IMG/VR virus record: IMGVR_UViG_3300046542_000086
Coordinates: 1-64,000 of that record
Source: a virus
DNA: 64,000 nt
Strand: one strand, 5' to 3'
Each line of letters opens with the position of its first letter. Within the stretch, counting starts at the first letter, position 1. Below the pieces are notes generated by a model. It saw only the letters and a list, made by a program, of their open reading frames with translations, was not told where the DNA came from and made no database searches. A program made the translations under genes and the position numbers. Below are positions 56,213-64,000 of the stretch, piece by piece.

Positions 56213-56916
56213 TAGCGAACGGGGCTGAACTGAGCGATGTCTAGCAGCTGGAGGTTAACGTACAGTTTACTGGTGAACTCAAGCATCTCGAAGGGAGACA
56301 CTATACCAATCCCAGGCAGGGTGATGTCCTCCTCAGTAAAGTCGCCCACTGCCGATCTAGCCGGAGCAAAGACCGTGATGCTGGGGATAACCTTATTGTG
56401 GAAGCGAGCTTCCTGTAGACCCATCCATTCGTCAAAGTCGTACAGGATGTAAGCTGAGTAGTCTGCATCCAACAACGCTGGAGTGATTTCGTCAGGAGCC
56501 ATCCAGACGTGGTCTAACTTAACCTCGTTGTTAGTGAACACCGCAAGGCTGGTCAGGTACATCTCGATCTGGTCATCATCCAAGTGGTATGGATAGAAGT
56601 TGATCGTAAGCTTGACGTCGTGTACCAGCGGAGAGTTGATACGCTGGTCACAGAGGTTCGCAAACATGCTCGTCAATGACAGACACAGGTTTGTACACAA
56701 CGAGCCCCGTAGGGTGTCTACATCGCGTTTGGCGTACTGAGCTTGATAAGCCTCGTTAGTCACCATCCCACCAGTGTACTTAGCAAAGTCATCAGACAGA
56801 CGTTGCCAGTAGTACTCGTTCACCATCTTTGCAGCTGCCTCAGGATTGACCCGTGCCAGAGACGGCAACCGGGTATCAACCAAGGCATCAATCTGACACA
56901 GGACATGTTGATCCAT
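56212..56916 (-). CDS. Conserved hypothetical protein
   Basis: IDALVDTRL and INFYPY motifs; operon with RNAP beta-C. Confidence 0.8.
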   Translation of the reverse strand: MDQHVLCQIDALVDTRLPSLARVNPEAAAKMVNEYYWQRLSDDFAKYTGGMVTNEAYQAQYAKRDVDTLRGSLCTNLCLSLTSMFANLCDQRINSPLVHDVKLTINFYPYHLDDDQIEMYLTSLAVFTNNEVKLDHVWMAPDEITPALLDADYSAYILYDFDEWMGLQEARFHNKVIPSITVFAPARSAVGDFTEEDITLPGIGIVSPFEMLEFTSKLYVNLQLLDIAQFSPVR

Positions 56917-57395
56917 TACGCAGCCTCTTCCGGACGCAGACCACCCAACACACGATCGAGTTCGAGGAAGTCAATCAGCAACACAAGAACCAACCACGGA
57001 TAGGCACTCATGTACTTGGTCAGGTTAGGCTCAGACACCATCCGTTCCAACATGTCCTCACCGATGGTTTTATCTTCCTCTACGTCCAGACTGGATTCGT
57101 AGTGAACAGTGAACGCATCGGCCAACTTAGCCACCAGTTCATCCCAACCCTCTTTACCGAGGATGAATCGCATCTGCTGACTACCACCGTGAACGAAGTC
57201 CACCAGCACTTCTTTCTCACGGATCATTTCCCACAGTTCTTGAACCTGAGTCTCCGTGGCGAGTTGGTTCAGACGGATGTCGTTCTGGAGGAAGAACAGA
57301 AACTCCACTACATCAATCTTGCCTGGCTCATCCAACATCGCTTCGAAGCGACGACGCAGAGCGTACGTGATGTCATTGATGACGTCTTTCATCAT
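56916..57395 (-). CDS. Hypothetical protein
   Basis: Overlapping start/stop on both sides. Confidence 0.8.
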   Translation of the reverse strand: MMKDVINDITYALRRRFEAMLDEPGKIDVVEFLFFLQNDIRLNQLATETQVQELWEMIREKEVLVDFVHGGSQQMRFILGKEGWDELVAKLADAFTVHYESSLDVEEDKTIGEDMLERMVSEPNLTKYMSAYPWLVLVLLIDFLELDRVLGGLRPEEAA

Positions 57396-58063
57396 TTATC
57401 CAAAGTGTTGTCGAGGTGGATAGTTTTGAGGAGGGTGGATAGAGTCGTTACAGACTTGACCTTAGTGCCGAACTGAGACAAGTACTCGATACTCACCCCA
57501 CCCGTTTCAATGATCGAACGGTTCATGGCGTTGAAAGCCTGAGCGTCGCCCCCACGGAACTTGATCAGCTCAGTGATCGTAGCGTCCAACCCTTGAGCGA
57601 ACAACACCTGTAGTTCAGGGAAGGAGATCTTCGAACCTTTGGAAGGGCCAGTAGACTGACCAGACAGTTCGTCGATGTGCTTGTTGTTCTCTGGGATGGT
57701 CGCTTTACTTTGCAGCAACTGAACCTGACGACGCAGTGGTACGTCAATGACCAGATACTTCACCGGAGTCTTGTAGACTTCCCCAGTGGTCGGATCAGTC
57801 AGGATCAGGTATTGGAAGAAGTCGTGTCCCAGTTCCTTAGCGATCGCAAGGTTACGGTCTAGACTCAACTTCTGTTTCGACAGGTTCGGTGTCTTGATGG
57901 TCAGGATCTCAGTCCCGTCCTCTAGATTCTTCATGAACTGGTCGAATTCTTTGTCCGTCATCTCAGACAGACGCATCGTGTAGAACGCAGTATTCGGGCT
58001 ACCGGGTAGGATCTTTTCGATGTACTTCAAGATCATAGCGGTAGCAGCTTTACGGTTGCTCAT
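57392..58063 (-). CDS. Virion RNA polymerase beta subunit, C-terminal part (phiKZ gp149-like)
   Basis: LTDPTTG, SGQSTGPSKGSKISFPE and ELIKFRGGD, equivalent to the beta C-terminus. Confidence 0.88.
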   Translation of the reverse strand: MSNRKAATAMILKYIEKILPGSPNTAFYTMRLSEMTDKEFDQFMKNLEDGTEILTIKTPNLSKQKLSLDRNLAIAKELGHDFFQYLILTDPTTGEVYKTPVKYLVIDVPLRRQVQLLQSKATIPENNKHIDELSGQSTGPSKGSKISFPELQVLFAQGLDATITELIKFRGGDAQAFNAMNRSIIETGGVSIEYLSQFGTKVKSVTTLSTLLKTIHLDNTLDK

Positions 58064-58092
58064 GGTCGTGTCCTAATTAGTTCCCTATAGGA

Positions 58093-58611
58093 TCACTCAT
58101 TAAGAATGAACTTAAGGTAAGACAAACCATGTGACCACGCCAAAGTGGCAAAGTGAGATTGTTGTGTAAAGTTCTGGGTAGCCATGCGACGTGAGGTGAA
58201 TTCCACAGCATGGGTACATTGCTTCAGGAGATGGTCAATTGATTCCTGGGCTTCTGCATTGTCCTTAGATAACCGCACGCCATGGTGGGGTAGGCGCTGT
58301 TTGGTTACGCAGTAGGTCATCGCGTTGACGAACTCTGTACTCCCGGAGATGTGTAACACAGCACCGACACGCGGTAGTTCTGGGTCCCATCCGAGGTCCT
58401 TGAGTAACGTCAGTACGGTATTCTCAATCGATACCATGTCCCCTACGAAGTCTGAGCAGTACACCAACAAGTGTACGACGTCGTAAAGACCACGGGTTTC
58501 AAGCTTCACATTAACCGAAGGCAGTGCATCGTTACGTTCACTTCTCCCCGTGGTAGCCATAATGGCTTGGGCGAAGACGTCGATGCCTCCGGTGGGGAGT
58601 TGAATGTTCAT
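58093..58611 (-). CDS. Hypothetical protein
   Basis: Likely start MNIQLP. Confidence 0.7.
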   Translation of the reverse strand: MNIQLPTGGIDVFAQAIMATTGRSERNDALPSVNVKLETRGLYDVVHLLVYCSDFVGDMVSIENTVLTLLKDLGWDPELPRVGAVLHISGSTEFVNAMTYCVTKQRLPHHGVRLSKDNAEAQESIDHLLKQCTHAVEFTSRRMATQNFTQQSHFATLAWSHGLSYLKFILNE

Positions 58612-58615
58612 GGGG

Positions 58616-58894
58616 TCACTTCCAGCTAGGTAGTCCGTAAGCCGCAATGGTCGGAGCTACGTGTTTATTGAACAGACGCAACCAGTCTTTCTCGGTAACG
58701 TCATCCATCAAGCATTCACGTTCGTTCACCGTGGAGCACGGCAACATGCCCAACTGTACCCGCAGGTAGTTGTTGGTCGTAATCACTGGATTGGGAACAT
58801 CTGCGGAAGGGCTGAAGTGTGCTTGCATTTTAGCGGCAGCATCAGCACTGTGTTTACTCAAGCACTGTAATACGTTGTCGTAAAAGGTATTCAT
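58616..58894 (-). CDS. Small conserved protein
   Basis: CAGGTGA RBS; 92 aa. Confidence 0.75.
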   Translation of the reverse strand: MNTFYDNVLQCLSKHSADAAAKMQAHFSPSADVPNPVITTNNYLRVQLGMLPCSTVNERECLMDDVTEKDWLRLFNKHVAPTIAAYGLPSWK

Positions 58895-58963
58895 TGGATC
58901 ACCTGTCGTTTAAGAAGGCGGACATTCCACCTATATAGTTACTTTGCTGCATTAAGAATTACT

Positions 58964-59003
58964 AGGCACAAAAAAATAGCCCCTAGGTAAGCAGGCTATT
59001 TTC
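58964..59003 (-). terminator. Intrinsic terminator with U tract
   Basis: AAAATAGCC...GGCTATTTTTTT. Confidence 0.7.
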
Positions 59004-59011
59004 TCTAGAGT

Positions 59012-59398
59012 TCAACCGCCAATCCGATTCTGGATAGCTTTGATCTCTTTGCCCAGCGCCAAGACTTGGCTGCCGATTTTCTCAGCGATGTTACCAATGC
59101 GATTAGCTTGATGCTGACGAAGATGTTCAATCTTAATACAGTGCTGAATGTCTTCGGCGACTTGGGTAGTGGCGTCGAGCCAGAACACCATCATCAACCA
59201 ATTACCACTGCAAAGCGCAGCCATACTGTAGACCAACAACGTGGACATGTTTTCATCAGTATAAGGCATCTCACGACATTTGATTATCCGGTCATTGAGT
59301 GCACGCAGTCGAAGCAGCTTCTTATGAAGCTTACCAAGTTCACCCATCTTGACATTGATCAAGATACGTCCTGCATTGTATTGTGCGTCAGTTACCAT
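59012..59398 (-). CDS. Early helical hypothetical protein (single-gene unit)
   Basis: Own early promoter and terminator; GGAG RBS before MVTDAQ. Confidence 0.75.
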   Translation of the reverse strand: MVTDAQYNAGRILINVKMGELGKLHKKLLRLRALNDRIIKCREMPYTDENMSTLLVYSMAALCSGNWLMMVFWLDATTQVAEDIQHCIKIEHLRQHQANRIGNIAEKIGSQVLALGKEIKAIQNRIGG

Positions 59399-59452
59399 TA
59401 TCAGTTCTCCAGAGAACACTAGATTGTTGTAAACAAGATATTGCTATCCTAT

Positions 59453-59483
59453 CCCCTAGGTAATATATACCTGAGATATTTTT
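59453..59483 (-). promoter_or_regulatory. phiKZ-type early promoter
   Basis: AAATATCTCAGGTATATATTACCTAGGGGA. Confidence 0.8.
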
Positions 59484-59492
59484 AGTTTTACT

Positions 59493-59526
59493 GGCGGCAT
59501 AAAAGCCTCCCCGAAGGGAGGCTCCC
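59493..59526 (-). terminator. UUCG hairpin with TTTTATGCCG tail
   Basis: AGCCTCCC-TTCG-GGGAGGCT-TTTATGCCG. Confidence 0.8.
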
Positions 59527-59530
59527 ACGT

Positions 59531-59701
59531 TTACCGATCAGGTCTCTTGAGACCGAGCTTTAACAACCCACTGATACTGAGCTTTAACTCAGACATCCTG
59601 ATTATGGTTTGCTCCCAGAACGCTATCCGATCATCAGTCACCAGATCTAAGCACTTCTCTTTGAGTACACGACAACCGATGGTAGCCCGACGCCGCTTCA
59701 T
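59531..59701 (-). CDS. Small basic protein, 56 aa (MKRRRATIG...), coupled to uvsX
   Basis: Hand-translated; TAATG overlap; stop just before the terminator. Confidence 0.5.
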   Translation of the reverse strand: MKRRRATIGCRVLKEKCLDLVTDDRIAFWEQTIIRMSELKLSISGLLKLGLKRPDR

Positions 59702-61107
59702 TACGCAGCCGCCTTGTTGACCACGCCCTTGTACCAGTAAGGAACGTACTCACCCTTGGCCATACGGAGCAAGTCGAAGGTGGACATGAACTGTTTAGGG
59801 TTCTTGTTCTCTTCGAAGTCCCAGTAACCACGAGTGTCCAGCAACTCGTCCCAGTTGTAACCCATCGCCTTGATCTTCTCGTAGAGCTCTTTAGGCTCCA
59901 TCAGGTAGCCACGAGTTTGAACAAAGCCGAGGTTTTCCATCTGGCAAAGCTCAGAGGTGATTTCCATCGCCCGCTGGAGACGCTCAGAGTCACGGATCTT
60001 GCCACGCACAGTCGTACGCTGCATGGTGATCTCTGGACACAGTTCCATGTAGTACGCACGGTCGTGACCGCCAATACCGTACTTGAAGAACTTGCAGTAG
60101 TTGAACTCAGTCATCCCTACCAGCAAACCTTCACGCTGAGAGTAGATCACTTCGAACGGCATCCCGGTAGGACCCGCCTTAGCCCGCAGGTTCTGTAGAA
60201 CCAGCAAGTTCAGGTCAGTGTCGCCTTCAAGGTTGTCATCCGGCCCTGCTGGGAACTCAGGAGCTTTGGTGGCCTTGTTCTGGAGTACCGTAACGCTGTT
60301 GCAGTACCACAGGTTGTTCGTGAGGAACGTAAACTTCTCAGGAACGTTCTTGAAGACGTTCTTCCCTTTGAGGAAGGCCAGCTTCTTCGGATCAGGTGCG
60401 TACTGATCGAGCTGGTGCTTGTCGCCCACGTGTGCCGTTGCAATCAGGTAGTTGTTAGCACCTGCTGTCAAGTTCGGCAACTGCATCAACATCTGCGTCT
60501 TAGCCGCAGCAGAACGCAAGGCGTCAGTGTTAGCACCGGAGTCACCGATCTCGTTCTTGTCGTAGATGCCTTCGACCGAGTCAGTGATGAACATGCTGAG
60601 GGAATCGATCTCGAACAAGTGCGGCATGATGCACTTGATGAACTCACCCTTGTTGTCGATGAAAGGCATGGTCCGTTGCATGGACTTCGCCTCTTTCTTC
60701 TTGAGGTTGGACATGTCACGGAACTTGTCGAACCATTTGTTACCGGAGACCATCGTCGAGTCAGTGAGGACGATCTTCTTCAGTTCAGCCAGATCCTGAC
60801 CCATCAGCTCAGGGAACTGCATGGCCAACTGGTACAGACGTTCGAGCGTCATAGACGTTTCGGTGTCGTAGAAGTTAGCCTTAGCCAGATAGCGGGCAAT
60901 GATCCGAAGAATCATGAAGTGGGCAATCAGCGACTTACCCATATTACCGCGACCAGCAATACCAGTGAACGGCGACAAACCACCGTTCATGATCATCTCC
61001 CCATGCTTACCTTTGTAGTAGCGTCCAGTGGGAAGGTCAAACAGGCAGCCCAAGTTAAAGAAAGGGCGAAGGCGTGGTGCCTGTTCAAAGAAATCGTCTA
61101 ATTCCAT
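59701..61107 (-). CDS. uvsX: UvsX/RecA-like recombinase (phiKZ gp152-like)
   Basis: Walker A GRGNMGKS, YDTE, Walker B FEIDSLS, RAKAGPTG. Confidence 0.9.
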   Translation of the reverse strand: MELDDFFEQAPRLRPFFNLGCLFDLPTGRYYKGKHGEMIMNGGLSPFTGIAGRGNMGKSLIAHFMILRIIARYLAKANFYDTETSMTLERLYQLAMQFPELMGQDLAELKKIVLTDSTMVSGNKWFDKFRDMSNLKKKEAKSMQRTMPFIDNKGEFIKCIMPHLFEIDSLSMFITDSVEGIYDKNEIGDSGANTDALRSAAAKTQMLMQLPNLTAGANNYLIATAHVGDKHQLDQYAPDPKKLAFLKGKNVFKNVPEKFTFLTNNLWYCNSVTVLQNKATKAPEFPAGPDDNLEGDTDLNLLVLQNLRAKAGPTGMPFEVIYSQREGLLVGMTEFNYCKFFKYGIGGHDRAYYMELCPEITMQRTTVRGKIRDSERLQRAMEITSELCQMENLGFVQTRGYLMEPKELYEKIKAMGYNWDELLDTRGYWDFEENKNPKQFMSTFDLLRMAKGEYVPYWYKGVVNKAAA

Positions 61108-61221
61108 GTTTTACTCGCTACTGTGGCTGGAATAAATGTTTTAAACTCATTTGATACGTCCCGTGAGTTTAATTTTATGTGTCTTTGCTCAACCGAGCTA
61201 TTCCCCACTCAAGGTGACTCA

Positions 61222-62034
61222 ATGAACATCTCTTTAGAACACCAGGCCAGTGTCCTGTCGATGGAAGCGTTTAACCTGCGCGCTTCTCTGACAGCACTGA
61301 CCAAAGTCTTTCCTCAATACGCTCGTGGCATCGGCGACACCATCCTTTCGTATCTGGCCAACGACCAACCACAGATCCCTCTGGTGCAGGTACCAAAGAA
61401 GACCGGTCTGGGTAAAGGCGTTGACTACTCGTCTCACCGTAAAACTGCCATCATTGGCCCTGCTGGTCTGAAGACCAACTACCTCGAGTACCTACACGCT
61501 GTAGAAGCCTCTGTAAGCCTCGCTAAGGAAGTCTACGCTTCACAGCTGGTACCTTTCAACCAATGGGTCGGCAGCCTCTTGGGCAGCCCTGAGGAGCTTA
61601 CCAGCATCGCTGTTAAGCAAGACGTGTTGAAGTACGACGACTCGGACATCGAGAAGTGCAAGCGTCTTCTGGAGAAGTGCATTAACCGCGCTAGCTCGCA
61701 GACCAAACACGAATACGGCAAGCTGGTTAAGCAGAATGCTGAGTGGGATGCGATCTTGGAAAAGACCAACCATCTCGTGGTCGGCTACCAAACCGTGAAC
61801 CGGACTGCGGTCCTCGATGAAGTGGATGTCCTTAACGAACAACTACTGAAGCTGGCTCAGCGTATCCAAGACGAACCAGAAGTCTATAAGGCTTCAGGTG
61901 TAACGATCTCGGAACTGGCCAAGCGTTGCCTCGTAGTTGCCCGTTTCGTAGAGTTCTACTCGATCACCGGTTACCTGATGACCGAACTGTCGAACTCGGT
62001 ACAAGCATCCGTAGATGCACTGAAGCGCCTGTAA
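61222..62034 (+). CDS. Head protein with short propeptide (phiKZ gp153-like)
   Basis: MNISLE...LSMEAF protease motifs; divergent from uvsX. Confidence 0.7.
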   Translation: MNISLEHQASVLSMEAFNLRASLTALTKVFPQYARGIGDTILSYLANDQPQIPLVQVPKKTGLGKGVDYSSHRKTAIIGPAGLKTNYLEYLHAVEASVSLAKEVYASQLVPFNQWVGSLLGSPEELTSIAVKQDVLKYDDSDIEKCKRLLEKCINRASSQTKHEYGKLVKQNAEWDAILEKTNHLVVGYQTVNRTAVLDEVDVLNEQLLKLAQRIQDEPEVYKASGVTISELAKRCLVVARFVEFYSITGYLMTELSNSVQASVDALKRL

Positions 62035-62090
62035 GCGTCATAAAGACTGACTACCCGGCTGAGGCTAGGTAGTCAGTCAGCTATGCTGGC
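62035..62090. terminator. Bidirectional hairpin with TATG tails
   Basis: GTCATAAA-GACTGACTACC...GGTAGTCAGTC-AGCTATGCTG. Confidence 0.75.
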
Positions 62091-62094
62091 TTGT

Positions 62095-62502
62095 TTAAGC
62101 CACACCCAATCTTGCCGTTTGAATGACAGTCCGGGCATCTTCCACCATTTTGGCAGTATCGCCGTATTGCATCCATGACGGCATCGCTTTAACTACTTGG
62201 TCTGCACCAGCCCCAAGCGAGCCACAGGCAATAGCTTGATCCAAGTCACAATTCTTCCATATCCGTTTGGAGAAAAGAACCGGAATTTCCAGGGCCTCCG
62301 TACAAGAAGCCAAGCTCATCTTCTTGTTCAGCAGTTCCAGATCTTTCAGTTCTGTGTGGGAGAGCTGCTTAAGTCCGGCAAACAGACTGACAACAAACAT
62401 CAGGCGTTTACCGTACCGTGGCAACCCCACCCGCAAGAGTCGAGTCATTAGTCTGTGGTTAAGACGACTGACCCGCTCCGTGATGGCGGTAATTGGGTTC
62501 AT
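62095..62502 (-). CDS. Hypothetical protein
   Basis: 135-aa ORF after RNase H. Confidence 0.75.
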   Translation of the reverse strand: MNPITAITERVSRLNHRLMTRLLRVGLPRYGKRLMFVVSLFAGLKQLSHTELKDLELLNKKMSLASCTEALEIPVLFSKRIWKNCDLDQAIACGSLGAGADQVVKAMPSWMQYGDTAKMVEDARTVIQTARLGVA

Positions 62503-62516
62503 AGGGCGTTCTCAGG

Positions 62517-64000
62517 TCAACTGGTCAAAAGACAGATGTTGGAATAAATACCAGCCCAAATACCAATGTCGTCGTCCGTTTGAACAATGGTAGCGTAACG
62601 GAAGGCCGTGTCGCTCTCTCGCCATGTGATCAAATGAACTTTGGGATTCAAGGCCGCCAACGCCGACAACGTGTTTCGGTTAGCGATGTCAATTCCGATC
62701 GTAACCGGAAGTTTAAACACGCCAGACTTCGCACCCGTGTCATACGCCGCTTCGATCTCTAGACGCTTCACCGTACTGTTGATCGCAGGGAGCAACTTCG
62801 TCACAGGCTTCTTCTTGGCGGTATTTACCTCATAGAGTAGACCTGTAATGTCGTTAACAATCACGCCCTTGCCAGTAGGGTCGCTGATGTAGTCAATCAA
62901 CATACTTTCCATCACACCCATTTGCTGCATAACCCGGAAGGCAATGCGGGGTGGACGCAGTTCTTTGGTCAGGAGCAGTTCACTCGCTGTGAACAGATCC
63001 ATCTTGCCATAGTTACAGTTCTGAAGGAACTGATCACCATAGCGTTCCAAGTCCGTGTAGGTCTTCGATGAAGTAATGTTACTCAACCGACCGATAATCA
63101 TGCTGTTGAAACCGCCGGTGTCCAAAGAGTCTTGGTGCGCCGTCAGCATCTCCAGTACAGGATTACGCTCTTTCAAGAACAGTACCGAGAAGCTTGCCGA
63201 GCTAACTGGTTTACCCAGGAAGTCGTCTTCAGCACCATGTTCGCCAAGGTAATACACCACACGACCATCTGGACTCTTCTGAGTGCCGCCCACATTGGTA
63301 TTGAAGTACCAGTACGGGTGAGAGATCATCCGGTTGTAATCAGCCTTGACACTCCAGTAGCCTTTCGCTTCAACCAGTTCGATCGAACGCAAGGCCTTAC
63401 CTTTCTTACCAGCGATGACTGCCGAAGTAGCCAGCAAGTCTACCGTATCGTTACCGGTGTCGCCACTGTGACCACGAACCCAACGGGTGTGAATCAAAGT
63501 ACCACGGTCTGCGAGGATTTGTTTAGCCACCAGAACCTGTTTCCACAGCTCAGCGTTAGCCACTGGGGTCAGGTCCGGTCGTACCCAGTTGTTGGACTGC
63601 CACTTAGGCGACCAGTTGAGCAAACCGTTCAAGGCGTACTTACTGTCGATGATCAACATCACCGAAACAACCTGTTGTTCGATGGCAACCTGTAAGGCTT
63701 CCAGCAAACCAGTTACTTCGGCAATGTTGTTAGTGGCTTCAGGGATCAACGAACCGTAACCATTGATGTACTTCAACGGCGTCACAGTCGAGATCATCGG
63801 GTTATCGAAATACTCAACCTCAGCATCACGATCAGCCGACTTGTAGTTAAAGAAGGACGAACCCGGCGCGGCATCAACCGCATCGATGTAGCCGAAGTTA
63901 GTGACTAAGCACGGGGCTCCGGTACCTTGCTTCGACTTCTCTGTCGTATAGATGTATCCATGGACACCCCAACCACCAATACCGCGAGACGGCTTACAGC
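62517..64000 (-). CDS. rnhA: Ribonuclease H (phiKZ gp155-like); 5' end lies beyond the window
   Basis: Frame stays open to the edge (CKPSRGIGGWG); TNNIAE, IDSKY, NAELW and WVRGHSG..GN..VD motifs. Confidence 0.9.
   Translation of the reverse strand, partial: CKPSRGIGGWGVHGYIYTTEKSKQGTGAPCLVTNFGYIDAVDAAPGSSFFNYKSADRDAEVEYFDNPMISTVTPLKYINGYGSLIPEATNNIAEVTGLLEALQVAIEQQVVSVMLIIDSKYALNGLLNWSPKWQSNNWVRPDLTPVANAELWKQVLVAKQILADRGTLIHTRWVRGHSGDTGNDTVDLLATSAVIAGKKGKALRSIELVEAKGYWSVKADYNRMISHPYWYFNTNVGGTQKSPDGRVVYYLGEHGAEDDFLGKPVSSASFSVLFLKERNPVLEMLTAHQDSLDTGGFNSMIIGRLSNITSSKTYTDLERYGDQFLQNCNYGKMDLFTASELLLTKELRPPRIAFRVMQQMGVMESMLIDYISDPTGKGVIVNDITGLLYEVNTAKKKPVTKLLPAINSTVKRLEIEAAYDTGAKSGVFKLPVTIGIDIANRNTLSALAALNPKVHLITWRESDTAFRYATIVQTDDDIGIWAGIYSNICLLTS

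Noticed and set aside
1-64000. Stop-codon recoding or suppressor tRNA
   Set aside because: Core genes are intact in the standard code and no canonical tRNA has a CUA, UUA or UCA anticodon
1-64000. Chimallin, major capsid, DNA polymerase or nvRNAP genes
   Set aside because: Not recognisable in this window; the nucleus-forming lifestyle is inferred from PhuZ and phiKZ-like core genes only

Overview
A 64 kb segment of a phiKZ-like, nucleus-forming jumbo phage (Chimalliviridae type, roughly 50% GC, probably with a proteobacterial host). Core genes recognised from motifs and gene order are PhuZ tubulin, large terminase, tail sheath and tube, prohead protease, split virion RNA polymerase subunits (beta-N, beta-C, catalytic beta' with DYDGD, and a probable beta' C-terminal piece), a 2240-aa tail protein with a lytic transglycosylase domain, UvsX and RNase H. 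phiKZ-type early promoters (TATATTAC) drive accessory operons, and many operons end in hairpins followed by an unusual (U/C)UAUGCCG-like tail. The most unusual part is a ~4.9 kb minus-strand block (about 2900-7790). In it, four normal tRNAs (Ser-UGA, Ser-GCU, Asn, Asp) are mixed with five tRNA-scaffold RNAs whose arms are expanded or degenerate, several other end-paired structured non-coding elements (up to ~470 nt) and small ORFs including a Tad2/DUF2829-like protein. I propose this block as a candidate RNA-based counter-defence or regulatory island. All assignments were made by eye without database searches or folding software; phiKZ gp numbers are recalled orthology and should be verified.
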